Part shown: piece by piece, positions 14,401-25,667 of the stretch
Layout: each line of letters starts with the position of its first letter
How positions within the stretch are numbered: the stretch's first letter is position 1
Assembly (NCBI RefSeq): GCF_964355755.1
Contig: NC_092678.1
Span: 3,364,422 to 3,428,421, forward strand
Length of the DNA: 64,000 nt
Source of the DNA: Antedon mediterranea
Taxonomy: Eukaryota > Animalia > Echinodermata
Reading direction: 5' to 3'
Notes under the pieces: model-generated
What the model was told of the DNA's origin: nothing
Seen by the model: only the letters and a program-made list of their open reading frames with translations
Database searches by the model: none
Made by a program: the position numbers and the translations under genes

Positions 14401-15560
14401 TGCATAAAGGCAATTCATAAACACTATACAAGCTAGGCCTTACGGGTTGTAAGAAAAGGAACAGTGCTTTAAAAAAAGAGCACAATACAAACAACAATCT
14501 ATGATCAATGGTCGATAGCAATTAAAAAGGAAAGAAAAAGGAAACACAGTATACCTAATATTGGTACAAATGTATTTAAGCAAGAAGCTTATAGCACCAA
14601 GAATGGGAATGGGCAGGTTTTAAAAAAAGATTGTTTTTAAGACCTAGTGCTGCATATAACAGCACTATACAACAATCTACAATCAATGGTTGATGCGATT
14701 GAAAAGTAAGAGACACAGTATACCTAATGATTTGTTTTAAAAAAAAAACTTCTGCATGCTGCCTTGAAGCAGCAAAGTTCTAGGTAATAGGACTACAAAA
14801 AGAGTGACGTTATGGGCAGAGGTGAAACAATATCACCATTATGTCTTATACCAAGCAAGATTTAAGAATCTTTAAAGATTAGGTAAAGGCATTGCATAGG
14901 TAAATAATATTTGATTTAATATTTCAAATTCATTTCTGGTCATGTCAATAGAGCAGTGACTGAACCACAAGGACAAGATCATTACATTGAATAATCCAAA
15001 GGAGTGTGCAGCCAGCCTAATGTTGCAGGAGTGTGCAGCCAGCCTAATGTTGCAGGAGTGTGCAACCAGCCTAATGCTGCAGGCGTGTGAAGCCAGCCTA
15101 ATGCTGCAGGAGTGCGAAGCCAGCCTAATGCTGCAGGAGTGTGAATCCAGCGTAATGCTGCAGGAGTGTGCAGCTAGCCTAATGCTGTAGGCGTGTGAAG
15201 CCAGCTAATGCTGCAGGAGTGTGAATCCAGCCTAATGCTGCAGGAGTGTGAATCCAGCCTAATGTGACTGAATCACAAGGAAAGTTCGAGATCATTACAT
15301 TGAATAATCAAAAGGATGCAGGAGTGTGAAGCCAGCTTTTGACCACACATGCAAATGGTGTGTGAAGCCAGCCTGAAAGCAGCAAAGTTCTAGGTGATGG
15401 GACTACAAAAAGAGTGACGTTTGAGCACAGGTGAAACAATATCACCATTATGTCTTATAACCAAGCAAAGGTTTAAGAATTTTTAAAGATTAGGTAAAGA
15501 CATATAGCATTGAAATAATAAAAGGTAAATAATATTTGATTTAATATTTTGAATTCATTC
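11430..15560. repeat. Complex tandem array of ~0.8-1.25 kb units with internal sub-duplications and deletions
   Basis: The anchor aactatgccc/t..ttatattgc recurs at ~11431, 12225, 13470 and 14384; ttctaggtaataggactacaaaa recurs at ~11709, 12780, 14029 and 14778. Duplicated spurious ORFs 12549..12764 and 13750..14013. Confidence 0.9.
15000..15265. repeat. 27-bp minisatellite, block 1
   Basis: Unit ctgcaggagtgtgcagccagcctaatg (reads LQECAASLM), about 10 copies. Confidence 0.95.
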
Positions 15561-15641
15561 TATGGACTTCAATTTATTAGGTTTCTGGTCTGAACCATAA
15601 GCAAATGACGAGAATGATCACTACACTGAATGATCAAAAAG

Positions 15642-15830
15642 CTGCAGGAGTGTGCAGCCAGCCTAATGCTGCAAGAGTGTGCAGCTAGCCTAATGCTGCA
15701 GGAGTGTGCAGCTAGCCTAATGCTGCAAGAGTGTGCAGCTAGCCTAATGCTGCAGGAGTGTGCAGCTAGTCTAATGCTGCCGGAGTGTGCAGCTAGCCTA
15801 ATGCTGCAAGAGTGTGCAGCTAGCCTAATG
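15642..15830. repeat. 27-bp minisatellite, block 2
   Basis: Same unit, 7 copies. Confidence 0.95.
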
Positions 15831-16309
15831 ATTTTTAGCAGGCCAAGCTGCCACGATTTGACAACACATTGGCCCATGCAAACAAAGATAGTGGCAGGTC
15901 AAGATGCCACATTTTGACCACATACAAACAGTATGTGAAGCCAGCATACTTGGGTTTAGGGTCAGGTCTTGTTACAGATCCAATATCTTATCTTATCTTA
16001 TCTTATCTTATCTTGTTTGTAAAACTGCCATAGACACAGAGGGTAAAGTTTTCTAGTTGTAGTACTACACGTTACTGAAAATGCAATATAGTCAAAATAC
16101 ATATATAAATAAATGGAATTAGCTATTGTAACAAATTGCAATATTATGGTTCATTATGGTCAGATGTTTTGTCCTGGTTTGTTATACTGTAGTATATTTT
16201 ACTGATCATATTTTACTAATAAATAACAGAATCTATAAAATATGTTATCTGCATATAAATGCATACAATTTTATCCCAACACACCAGTAAACAAATTATA
16301 AAAACATAA

Positions 16310-18095
16310 TATTTAGAATACAAAGATCTACAGACTTTTAAAAAACCAAAACGTTTATAAACTTTAAAAAAAAAAGAAAAAAAAAAAGAATACAAACAAA
16401 ACAAAAACCACCTCTTCTCCAAGAGCCGTACATCCTCATGCTTAAGTGTTGTTTTGGTTGTTCTGCCAACTAAGATGACAAACCAAAAAGGTCAATTTGA
16501 TTTTACTATGAAGTACTCCAACAATTTGACATGAAAATACCCACAGAAATTGGATACTAACCACCAGACTATGCATGTAGAGTAGACTCTACCATTGCTA
16601 GAGTGCGCCTACCGATGTTAAAGTGCGCCTACCGATGTTAGAGCACGCCTACCAATGTTAGAGCAAGTCTACTGAAGAGTGTGAGCCTATGGAAGAGTGC
16701 GTGCCTACGGAAGAGTGCGTGCCTACGGAAGAGTGCGTGCCTACGGAAGAGTGCGTGCCTACGGAAGAGTGCGTGCCTACGGAAGAGTGCGAGCCTACGG
16801 AAGAGTGCGAGCCTACGGAAGAGTGCGTGCCTACGGAAGAGTGCGTGCCTACGGAAGAATGCGTGCCTACCGAAGAGTGCGATCCTACCGAAGAGTGCGA
16901 TCCTACCAAAGAGTGCGATCCAACCATAGAGGACATGCCTACATTAGAGTGCGAGCCTACCGAAGAGTACGAGCCTACATCTGCTGAAGAAGCTGCTAAG
17001 GGAAGTACAAGCCTACAGCTGCTTCAGAAGTACAAGCCAACCGCAGCTGAGAAGTACGAGCCTACAGCTGCTACAGAAGTACCAGCCTACATAGTACCAG
17101 CCTATCACTGCTAAAGAGTGCGAGCCTAGAGCTGCTAAAGAGCGCAAGCCTACAGCTGCTAAAGAGTACAAGCCTACACCTGCTATTAATTGCGAGCCTA
17201 CAGCTGTTAAAGAGTGGGAGCCTACAGCTGCTAAAGAGTGCGAGCCTAACGCTATTAAGAATGTGAGCCTAACGCTATTAAGAATGCGAACTAACTCTAT
17301 TAAGAATGCGAGCCTAACGCTATTATGAATGCGAGCCTACTGCTATTAAAGAGTGCAAGCCTAACGCTAATGAGAGTGCGAGTCTAACACTAGTAAGAAT
17401 GCGAGCCTACGGCTATTAAGAGAGCGAACCTAACTCTAGTAAGAGTGCGAGCCTAACGCTATTATGAGTGCGAGCCTACAACTGCTAAAGTACAAGCCTA
17501 CAGCTGCTAAAGAGTGCGAGCCTATACAGCTGCTAAAGAGTGCGAGCCTAACGCTATTAAGAATGCGAACTAACTCTATTAAGAATGCGAGTCTAACGCT
17601 ATTAAGAATGCGAGCCTACTGCTATTAAAGAGTGCAAGCCTAACTCTAGTAAGAGTGCGAGCCTAATGCTTAACGCTATTATGAGTGCGAGCCTAACGCT
17701 ACCAAGAGTGCTAGCCTAACGCTATTAAGAGTGTGAAGTAGATCCCCTATAACATCAGTAGACAAACGCTAACACCAGTAGACAAACGCTAACACCAGTA
17801 GACGAACTTTAACAATGGTAGAGTCTACTCTACAAGCATTTGTCCAGTGGTTAATAACCAATTTCCATAGGTAATTCCATGTCAAATCATTGGAGAACTC
17901 CAAAGTCTAACCAAATTGGCCTTTTCGGTTTGCCTCTTAGTGGGCAGAACAACCAAAACAAAACAAAAAGCATGGGGATGTACAGGAGTCGGAGAGGAGG
18001 TAGTTTTACAAAGTACAAACAAGCAAACAAAACGTTTATAAACGTTTTGGATTTTTAAAAGTCTGTAGAGCTTATAACATAAAATTCTAAATAAA
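16310..18095. mobile_element. Foldback-like structure: ~290-bp imperfect inverted repeats enclosing a ~1.15-kb minisatellite
   Basis: 16310-16600 (..ctacagacttttaaaaaaccaaaacgtttataaac...gtagagtagactctaccattg) is the reverse complement of 17812-18095 (caatggtagagtctactctac...gtttataaacgttttggatttttaaaagtctgtag). Confidence 0.7.
16600..17740. repeat. Minisatellite grading from 18-bp (gaagagtgcgtgcctacg) to 21-24-bp (gagtgcgagcctacagctgctaaa / gagtgcgagcctaacgctattaa) units
   Basis: Tandem units read directly; they explain the low-complexity ORFs 16658..17114 in several frames. Confidence 0.95.
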
Positions 18096-18699
18096 ACAAA
18101 ATTTAAAAAACGTTTTAAAATAAAACTGACCAAATTTTGTCTTCTAAGATCCATAGTTATTATTTTTCAGATTTATTTGTTTTTTTTTTTAATGTCTTTT
18201 AAAAGGTCCATGCCTTGGTTGTTTTTTTTAATGTCTTTGAAAAGGTTGATGCCTTGGTTGGTTAGTTGTTTATTTTTTAAATGTCTTTGAAAAGATTCAT
18301 ATGGCAAAGCATGGCACACCATTTGTATTTGAAGAGTACCTTAGCATTATACTTAATTCTCAGAAGTAATATTTAAAATAAATGAGAACTTTAAAATTTC
18401 CTGTCGTTTCACAATGTTGTGTCACTCATGATATGTCATGTCACTCGCAATATCATATTAGTATGCAAAAGAGGACACAAGACTAATTTTTTTTTAAATA
18501 GTAAGTATCTTCCCTAGTTTTCCAAATTACCCTTTGCTAAGAATAGTTGGGTGATGATGGCATGTTTGTGCGGGGTGGGAGACCCAGAGCTGTACACAGG
18601 GACACAGGTCACATTGATAAGTGGCACACATTATACTTTTCTGTTTACAAGGCGAGTTACTTTTCCTAGGATGGCCTAGGCCTTCCTAGGAAAGACAGA

Positions 18700-19385
18700 C
18701 TGTGGGTAAGAACTTAGCAGAACAAGTGCAATAGGAGAATACATTTCTGATGAGGTTCAAGGGATCATCTTGTACCCTATTCACTGTAATGAGTCACTAT
18801 AAGGATATTCGCAGCAATTACATTAAAATTCAACCAGTTGTGTCCGACTATGCTTTAAAAAAAATTTTTTTTTAGTCAGTTGAGAAGAGTCGTCACCCTG
18901 AAAACAAGATATTCCAGAGTGACGTACTGCTCAAAATTTTAAAGCAGATGTTCACGCTCTATTAAATAACTTTGATGGATGGGAATGTTGAGTGGATTTT
19001 TCCTGCAACGTCCCATAGCAATGGAGAAGTTGATGGCTTTGGAGGGACTTGCAAGCATAGCGTTCGAGGAGAGAAGACCAATGCTAGAGTTGATCCTCAA
19101 ACTTCTAAAAAATGTGCTGATTATGCATCTGAAGTGTGCAGCAAAATCACATACAGAAAAGGAGAGTGGGTGAAAGTTTTGTATGACAATAAACAGCATG
19201 TTAGAGTTTTTCACAAAACCTCTTTCAAAGTGAAGTGCCTCTTCCCAAAGGAAGAGTGCTGGAAGCTAGAATGTGACAATGATGCAGTGTGGTATAGGGA
19301 ATGTGAGGTGGTGAACCATAAATCAAACCCTGGGGTGACCTATACCAGTTTTAAAGAGGTCAGTTATAATGCAGTTTGTTTTTGA
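18700..19385 (+). mobile_element. Degenerate DNA transposase relic, probably Sola2-type
   Basis: ORF 18972..19385 contains WIFPATSHSNGEVDGFGGTCKH, resembling the WxFxATSHGKGxxDGxGGTxKR motif. Frameshifted DEVQG and CTLFTV remnants lie upstream, and KGEWVKVLYD lies C-terminally. Confidence 0.6.
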
Positions 19386-20569
19386 TGATGCTATAATTCA
19401 CTCAGATTATAATAATGCCAATAAAACTACGACACATAGGGACAAACTTTCTCCATAGAGAAATATATACTTATATTTTAGAAAGGTACAATATTTATGT
19501 ACAAGTATTACCCATGATACCCTTGTAGAGCAGTGGTGGCCCCTGGATTTTTCCGAGGGGGTTGGGTCGGAGGCTATGCGAGCGAGCGAAGCCCCTGGAA
19601 GCAACGTGTTTCTAGCGTAATTTGAGGCTGTAGAGGTAGAGAGCAGATGAAGGTCCCAAACGATTGGGTTCAGACTAGCGTGTATTGTCAGGCCACACTG
19701 CACACTTTGTGGACTAGACACCTTGTTCATAATAATTAGACAATTTAGGGTTTTTATAAAGAAAATCAATACTTTATAATCAAAGATTGCAAGCAAACCA
19801 TCCACAGAAAGATTACAGGCCGAAGCTTTTAAATAATGGTATGTACCGCCCCTACTGTCGCTGGTTTTTACACTTTGTGATTTGTGCAAATGGGATCATC
19901 ATAGAGCAAAGAAAAACATGCCTCATCTTACGGCTGTTAATGCAACAAAAATCCTAGAGATTTCAATGCTGCGATTAAATGCAAACATTATCCGATGATG
20001 AAGAGTCGTTTAGATTTGTAGTAAATGTGGGAAACCGGATGTACCGATAGGGGGATCTATACACTAATTATTATCAATATTTTTACACATGTGACTTTGT
20101 GCAAACGCGATAAAAGTGAGGAAAAAATACACGGCTCATCTTACGGCCGTTTGTTCAAGGCGAAATTACATCAAGGACACAACAGAAAGTTAACAAAAAC
20201 TTTTTGGAAATATTAAGCCTAGATCCTAGGGATATCAATGCTGTGATTAAATGCAGACATTATCCAACACTAGACGAGGCGTTAAGATTTGTGTCAAACT
20301 AAAGTGTTCAGTGTGCTGGATGCAAAGGATGGATACCTGGATAGATGTGGACTAGACATCTTGTTCAATATAAGACAATTCAGGGCTTTTATAAAAAAAA
20401 TTAATACTTTGTAACCAAAGATTACAAAAGGAGGCCTTCAATTTCGTTAAGGGCGTTGAATACTGTTCTTTATGGTAGAGTTGTCCGGATAGATGAACAC
20501 ATCCGCACAGAGAAGAAAAAGAAGACGAAGAAAAAACACAATCAATTAAACAAACAAAAAACAGCAAAC

Positions 20570-21451
20570 ATGAGTCGCTTACAAACGTGAGGATAATGTT
20601 TAAATCTTATCTAACACTTTTATTAATTTAATAAGCCCGCAGTTTTAAATTTTGTTCACACATCTAAAGCTGGATATGAAGAAGTAACATACTAAGATTG
20701 AAAATTTGGAACAGCAGAAAACTACTGAATTATCAATATTTTTACACATGTGACTTTGTGCAAATGCTATAAGAGTGAGGCAAAAATACACGACTCATCT
20801 TACGGCCGTTAGTTCTAGGCGAAATCACAAGGACACAACAGAAAGTAAACAAAAACTTTTTGGAAATATTAAGCCTAGATCCTAGGGATATCAATGCTGT
20901 GATTAAATGCAGACATTATCCGACACTAGACGAGGCGTTAAGATTTGTGTCAAGCTAAAGTGTTCAGTGTGCTGGATGCAAAGGATGGATACCTGGATAG
21001 ATGTGGACTAGACATCTTGCTCAATATAAGACAATTCAGGGGTTTTATAAAAAAAAATTAATACTTTGTAACCAAAGATTACAAAAGGAGGCCTTCAATT
21101 TCGTTAAGGGCGTTGAATACTGTTCCTTATCAATATTTTTACACATGTGACTTTGTGCAAATGCTATAAGAGTGAGGCAAAATACACGGCTCATCTTACG
21201 GCCGTTAGTTCCAGGCGAAATCACAACAAGGACACAACAGAAAGTAAACAAAAACTTTTTGGAAATATTAAGCCTAGAATTGATAGGATATTGATATGTG
21301 ACACGCGTTAACAGAATCTGGACCAATTACATATAATGGACCATATTGATTAAAGTTTAATTTGTTTCACTTATTATATTTTGTTTCTGTTTTTAACAGA
21401 TTGTTAAACGAGGGGCACAATTTCGTATACGAGGGAGTTTACCGTTCCTAA
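20570..21451 (+). CDS. Putative spliced 22-aa micro-ORF, copy 1: join(20570..20586,21400..21451) MSRLQTLLNEGHNFVYEGVYRS
   Basis: aaacATG start, donor AC|gtgagg, acceptor ttttgtttctgtttttaacag|A, phase-compatible, TAA stop. Paralogous to the N-terminus of the orphan gene; may simply be a truncated pseudogene. Confidence 0.3.
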
Positions 21452-22201
21452 AAAAAAAATACTTTGTAACCAAAGATTACTAAACGAAGCCTTCAATTTT
21501 GTAAAGGGCGTTGAATACCATTCCTTACGGAGACCAAGATAGATGAAGAAATGCGAGTTTCGCCAGTTTCATCCCTATGGACATAATTGGTTCGTTTCAA
21601 TGCTGCGATTAAATGCAAACATTATCCGATGATGAAGAGTCGTTTAGATTTGTAGTAAATGTGGGAAACCGGATGTACCGATAGGGGGATCTATACACTA
21701 ATTATTATCAATATTTTTACACATGTGACTTTGTGCAAACGCGATAAAAGTGAGGAAAAAATACACGGCTCATCTTACGGCCGTTTGTTCAAGGCAAAAT
21801 CACATCAAGGACACAACAGAAAGTTAACAAAAACTTTTTGGAAATATTAAGCCTAGATCCTAGGGATATCAATGCTGTGATTAAATGCAGACATTATCCG
21901 ACACTAGACGAGGCGTTAAGATATGTGTCAAGCTAAAGTGTTCAGTGTGCTGGATGCAAAGGATGGATACCTGGATAGATGTGGACTAGACATCTTGTTC
22001 AATATAAGACAATTCAGGGCTTTTATAAAAAAAAATTAATACTTTGTAACCAAAGATTACAAAAGGAGGCCTTCAATTTCGTTAAGGGCGTTGAATACTG
22101 TTCCTTATGGTAGAGTTGTCCGGATAGATGAACACATCCGCACAGAGAAGAAGACAACGAAGAAAAAACACAATCAATTAAACAAACAAAAAACAGCAAA
22201 C

Positions 22202-23083
22202 ATGAGTCGCTTACAAACGTGAGGATAATGTTTAAATCTTATCTAACCCTTTTATTAATTTAATAAGCCCGCAGTTTTAAATTTTGTTCACACATCTAAA
22301 GCTGGATATGAAGAAGTAACATACTAAGATTGAACATTTGGAACAGCAGAAACCTACTGAATTATCAATATTTTTACACATGTGACTTTGTGCAAATGCT
22401 ATAAGAGTGAGGAAAAAATACACGGCTCATCTTACGGCCGTTAGTTCTAGGCGAAATCACAAGGACACAACAGAAAGTAAACAAAAACTTTTTGGAAATA
22501 TTAAGCCTAGATCCTAGGGATATCAATGCTGTGATTAAATGCAGACATTATCCGACACTAGACGAGGCGTTAAGATTTGTGTCAAGCTAAAGTGTTCAGT
22601 GTGCTGGATGCAAAGGATGGATACCTGGATAGATGTGGACTAGACATCTTGTTCAATATAAGACAATTCAGGGCTTTTATAAAAAAAAATTAATACTTTG
22701 TAACCAAAGATTACAAAAGGAGGCCTTCAATTTCGTTAAGGGCGTTGAATACTGTTCCTTATCAATATTTTTACACATGTGACTTTGTGCAAATGCTATA
22801 AGAGTGAGGCAAAATACACGGCTCATCTTACGGCCGTTAGTTCTAGGCGAAATCACAACAAGGACACAACAGAAAGTAAATAAAAACTTTTTGGAAATAT
22901 TAAGCCTAGAATTGATAGGATATTGATATGTGACACGCGTTAATAGAATCTGGACCAATTACATATAATGGACCATATTGATTAAAGTTTAATTTGTTTC
23001 ACTTATTATATTTTGTTTCTGTTTTTAACAGATTGTTAAACGAGGGGCACAACTTCGTATACGAGGGAGTTTACCGTTCCTAA
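22202..23083 (+). CDS. Putative spliced 22-aa micro-ORF, copy 2: join(22202..22218,23032..23083)
   Basis: Same structure as copy 1, with one synonymous difference (AAT>AAC). Confidence 0.3.
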
Positions 23084-23836
23084 AAAAAAAATACTTTGTA
23101 ACCAAAGATTACTAAACGAAGCCTTCAATTTTGTAAAGGGCGTTGAATACCATTCCTTACGGAGACCAAGATAGATGAAGAAATGCGAGTTTCGCCAGTT
23201 TCATCCCTATGGACATAATTGGTTCGTTTCAATGCTGCGATTAAATGCAAACATTATCCGATGATGAAGAGTCGTTTAGATTTGTAGTAAATGTGGGAAA
23301 CCGGATGTACCGATAGGGGGATCTATACACTAATTATTATCAATATTTTTACACATGTGACTTTGTGCAAACGCGATAAATGTGAGGAAAAAATACACGG
23401 CTCATCTTACGGCCGTTAGTTCTAGGCGAAATCACAACAAGGACACAACAGAAAGTAAACAAAAACTTTTTGGAAATATTAAGCCTAGATCCTAGGGATA
23501 TCAATGCTGTGATTAAATGCAGACATTATCCGACACTAGACGAGGCGTTAAGATATGTGTCAAGCTAAAGTGTTCAGTGTGCTGGATGCAAAGGATGGAT
23601 ACCTGGATAGATGTGGACTAGACATCTTGTTCAATATAAGACAATTCAGGGCTTTTATAAAAAAAATTAATACTTTGTAACCAAAGATTACAAAAGGAGG
23701 CCTTCAATTTCGTTAAGGGCGTTGAATACTGTTCCTTATGGTAGAGTTGTCCGGATAGATGAACACATCCGCACAGAGAAGAAGAAGACGAAGAAAAAAC
23801 ACAATCAATTAAACAAACAAAAAACAGCAAACAAAC

Positions 23837-24320
23837 ATGAGTCGCTTACAAACGTGAGGATAATGTTTAAATCTTATCTAACCCTTTTATTAATTTAATA
23901 AGCCCGCAGTTTTAAATTTTGTTCACACATCTAAAGCTGGATATGAAGAAGTAACATACTAAGATTGAACATTTGGAACAGCAGAAAACTACTGAATTAT
24001 CAATATTTTTACACATGTGACTTTGTGCAAATGCTATAAGAGTGAGGAAAAAATACACGGCTCATCTTACGGCCGTTAGTTCTAGGCGAAATCACAAGGA
24101 CACAACAGAAAGTAAACAAAAAACTTTTTGGAAATATTAAGCCTAGAATTGATAGGATATTGATATGTGACACGCGTTAATAGAATCTGGACCAATTACA
24201 TATAATGGACCATATTGATTAAAGTTTAATTTGTTTCACTTATTATATTTTGTTTCTGTTTTTAACAGATTGTTAAACGAGGGTCACAACTTTGTATACG
24301 AGGGAGTTTACCGTCCCTAA
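23837..24320 (+). CDS. Putative spliced 22-aa micro-ORF, copy 3: join(23837..23853,24269..24320) MSRLQTLLNEGHNFVYEGVYRP
   Basis: Same structure with a shorter intron. Synonymous differences GGG>GGT, AAT>AAC and TTC>TTT, plus a terminal S>P. Confidence 0.3.
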
Positions 24321-25667
24321 AAAAAAAAGAATTTGTAACCAAAGATTACTAAACTAAACTTCAATTTTGTAAAGGGCGTTGAATACCATTCCTTACGGAG
24401 ACCAAGATAGATGAAGAAATGCGAGTTTCGCCAGTTTCATCCCAATGGACATAATTGGTTCGTTTGGTTCCACGGACGATTGGGTGCAGATCGGGCCATA
24501 CTGCACATGTTGTGGACTAATTAAATGATAAGCTAGGCCAACACAAAGTAGACAGTTTGGACCTTTTATAAAAAGAAATCAATACTTTGTAATTCTATTT
24601 TAGATTATGCCTTATAAAAAGGATGATCCCAATGAAAATAATATAAGCTAACCTTTTTGGACTTAAATTACTCGACACGATAAGTTTAATTGCTGTATGG
24701 TCTATAATAATATGAATACATTTAGGCCCAAGATGCTCCTGAACAATTCATATATCATTGGCTTGCACTGCGAATTCATGAATTTGCGCTTAAAAACGTA
24801 TAAAAGAAGTTAAGAATACGTGACTATGTCACAGTCGTGATTATGCTAGGGCATACTTTGATAAGAGAATTGTTAGCAAACATCATAAAAGACATGTGGA
24901 AGTGTACTGGATATAATAAACAAGGCAAGCTCACAACCTTGTAAGCGACATGAGTTTGTAATATGTAATATGTTATATTATTATATATAGTAAAATAAAG
25001 AAGAAATTTTGAATGGGTGCCATAAATAAACAAATTTTTTCTTATTCAGGAGAAAAGAGTGCTATTGGATATTTAAGCCGTAGAGAGTCGCAAGTAAAAC
25101 AAAATATTCAAAAAAGAGTGGATAGTCCAGCAGCATAGTCATGTCGTCATGTTGTCGTGTCATGGAAAGAAGAAATTTATGACATGCAGTGTTGTGTTTT
25201 TATTAATGAACTGGATTGACTGTGCATCAACCTTACAACCAAACATTTTTACTCCTTGTAGATTAGTAATTACTATGTTTGAAAGATGGATCCTTCCTAT
25301 TACAGCATATAATGTACATATAAAATAATTGTTTTTATTAATTTTCTAATTTCTTGATAATATAATGTAAAACATTTTTGTAATCAATTTTTAGGTTAAA
25401 CCAAACAAGATTCAATAGGGTCAACTATTAATTTTGCAATTTGTTTTGAAAAGAGCTAATTCCATTTATTCATGATAAGAAAAATTAAAAGTTACATCTG
25501 AGTTAACATTGCCTAAATGGCCCGATAATATCTGTGGGGACTGTTATTACTGTATTTCAGTAATGTTTTTTTCTTTAATAATTATCTACCTTCTTGCAGG
25601 TAGACAGGGACTTGGGGTGTGCATCATAAAAAAATAAATAATATTAATAAAGAAAAAGAAAAAAAGT

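Larger units (their letters stand above)
19650..24600. repeat. ~1633-bp tandem array (~3 copies) with internal sub-repeats, built partly from inverted pieces of the orphan gene at 25668..32257
   Basis: atgtgggaaaccggatgtacc occurs at 20025, 21659 and 23291 (spacing 1634 and 1632). Segments 21280-21450, 22912-23082 and 24150-24320 are reverse complements of 26435-26610. Confidence 0.92.

Noticed and set aside
14987-15917. (LQECAASLM)n ORFs
   Set aside because: Translation of a 27-bp minisatellite. One block has a stop and a frameshift.
16658-17114. Repetitive ORFs (EECVPT)n, (RVRAYG)n, (KSACLR)n and (SSVGTH)n as real proteins
   Set aside because: All are open simply because the 18-bp unit lacks stops in those frames. 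There is no unique domain or splice support.
24700-25330. Coding-like stretch between the tandem array and the orphan gene
   Set aside because: Only short frames with several stops and no recognisable homology.
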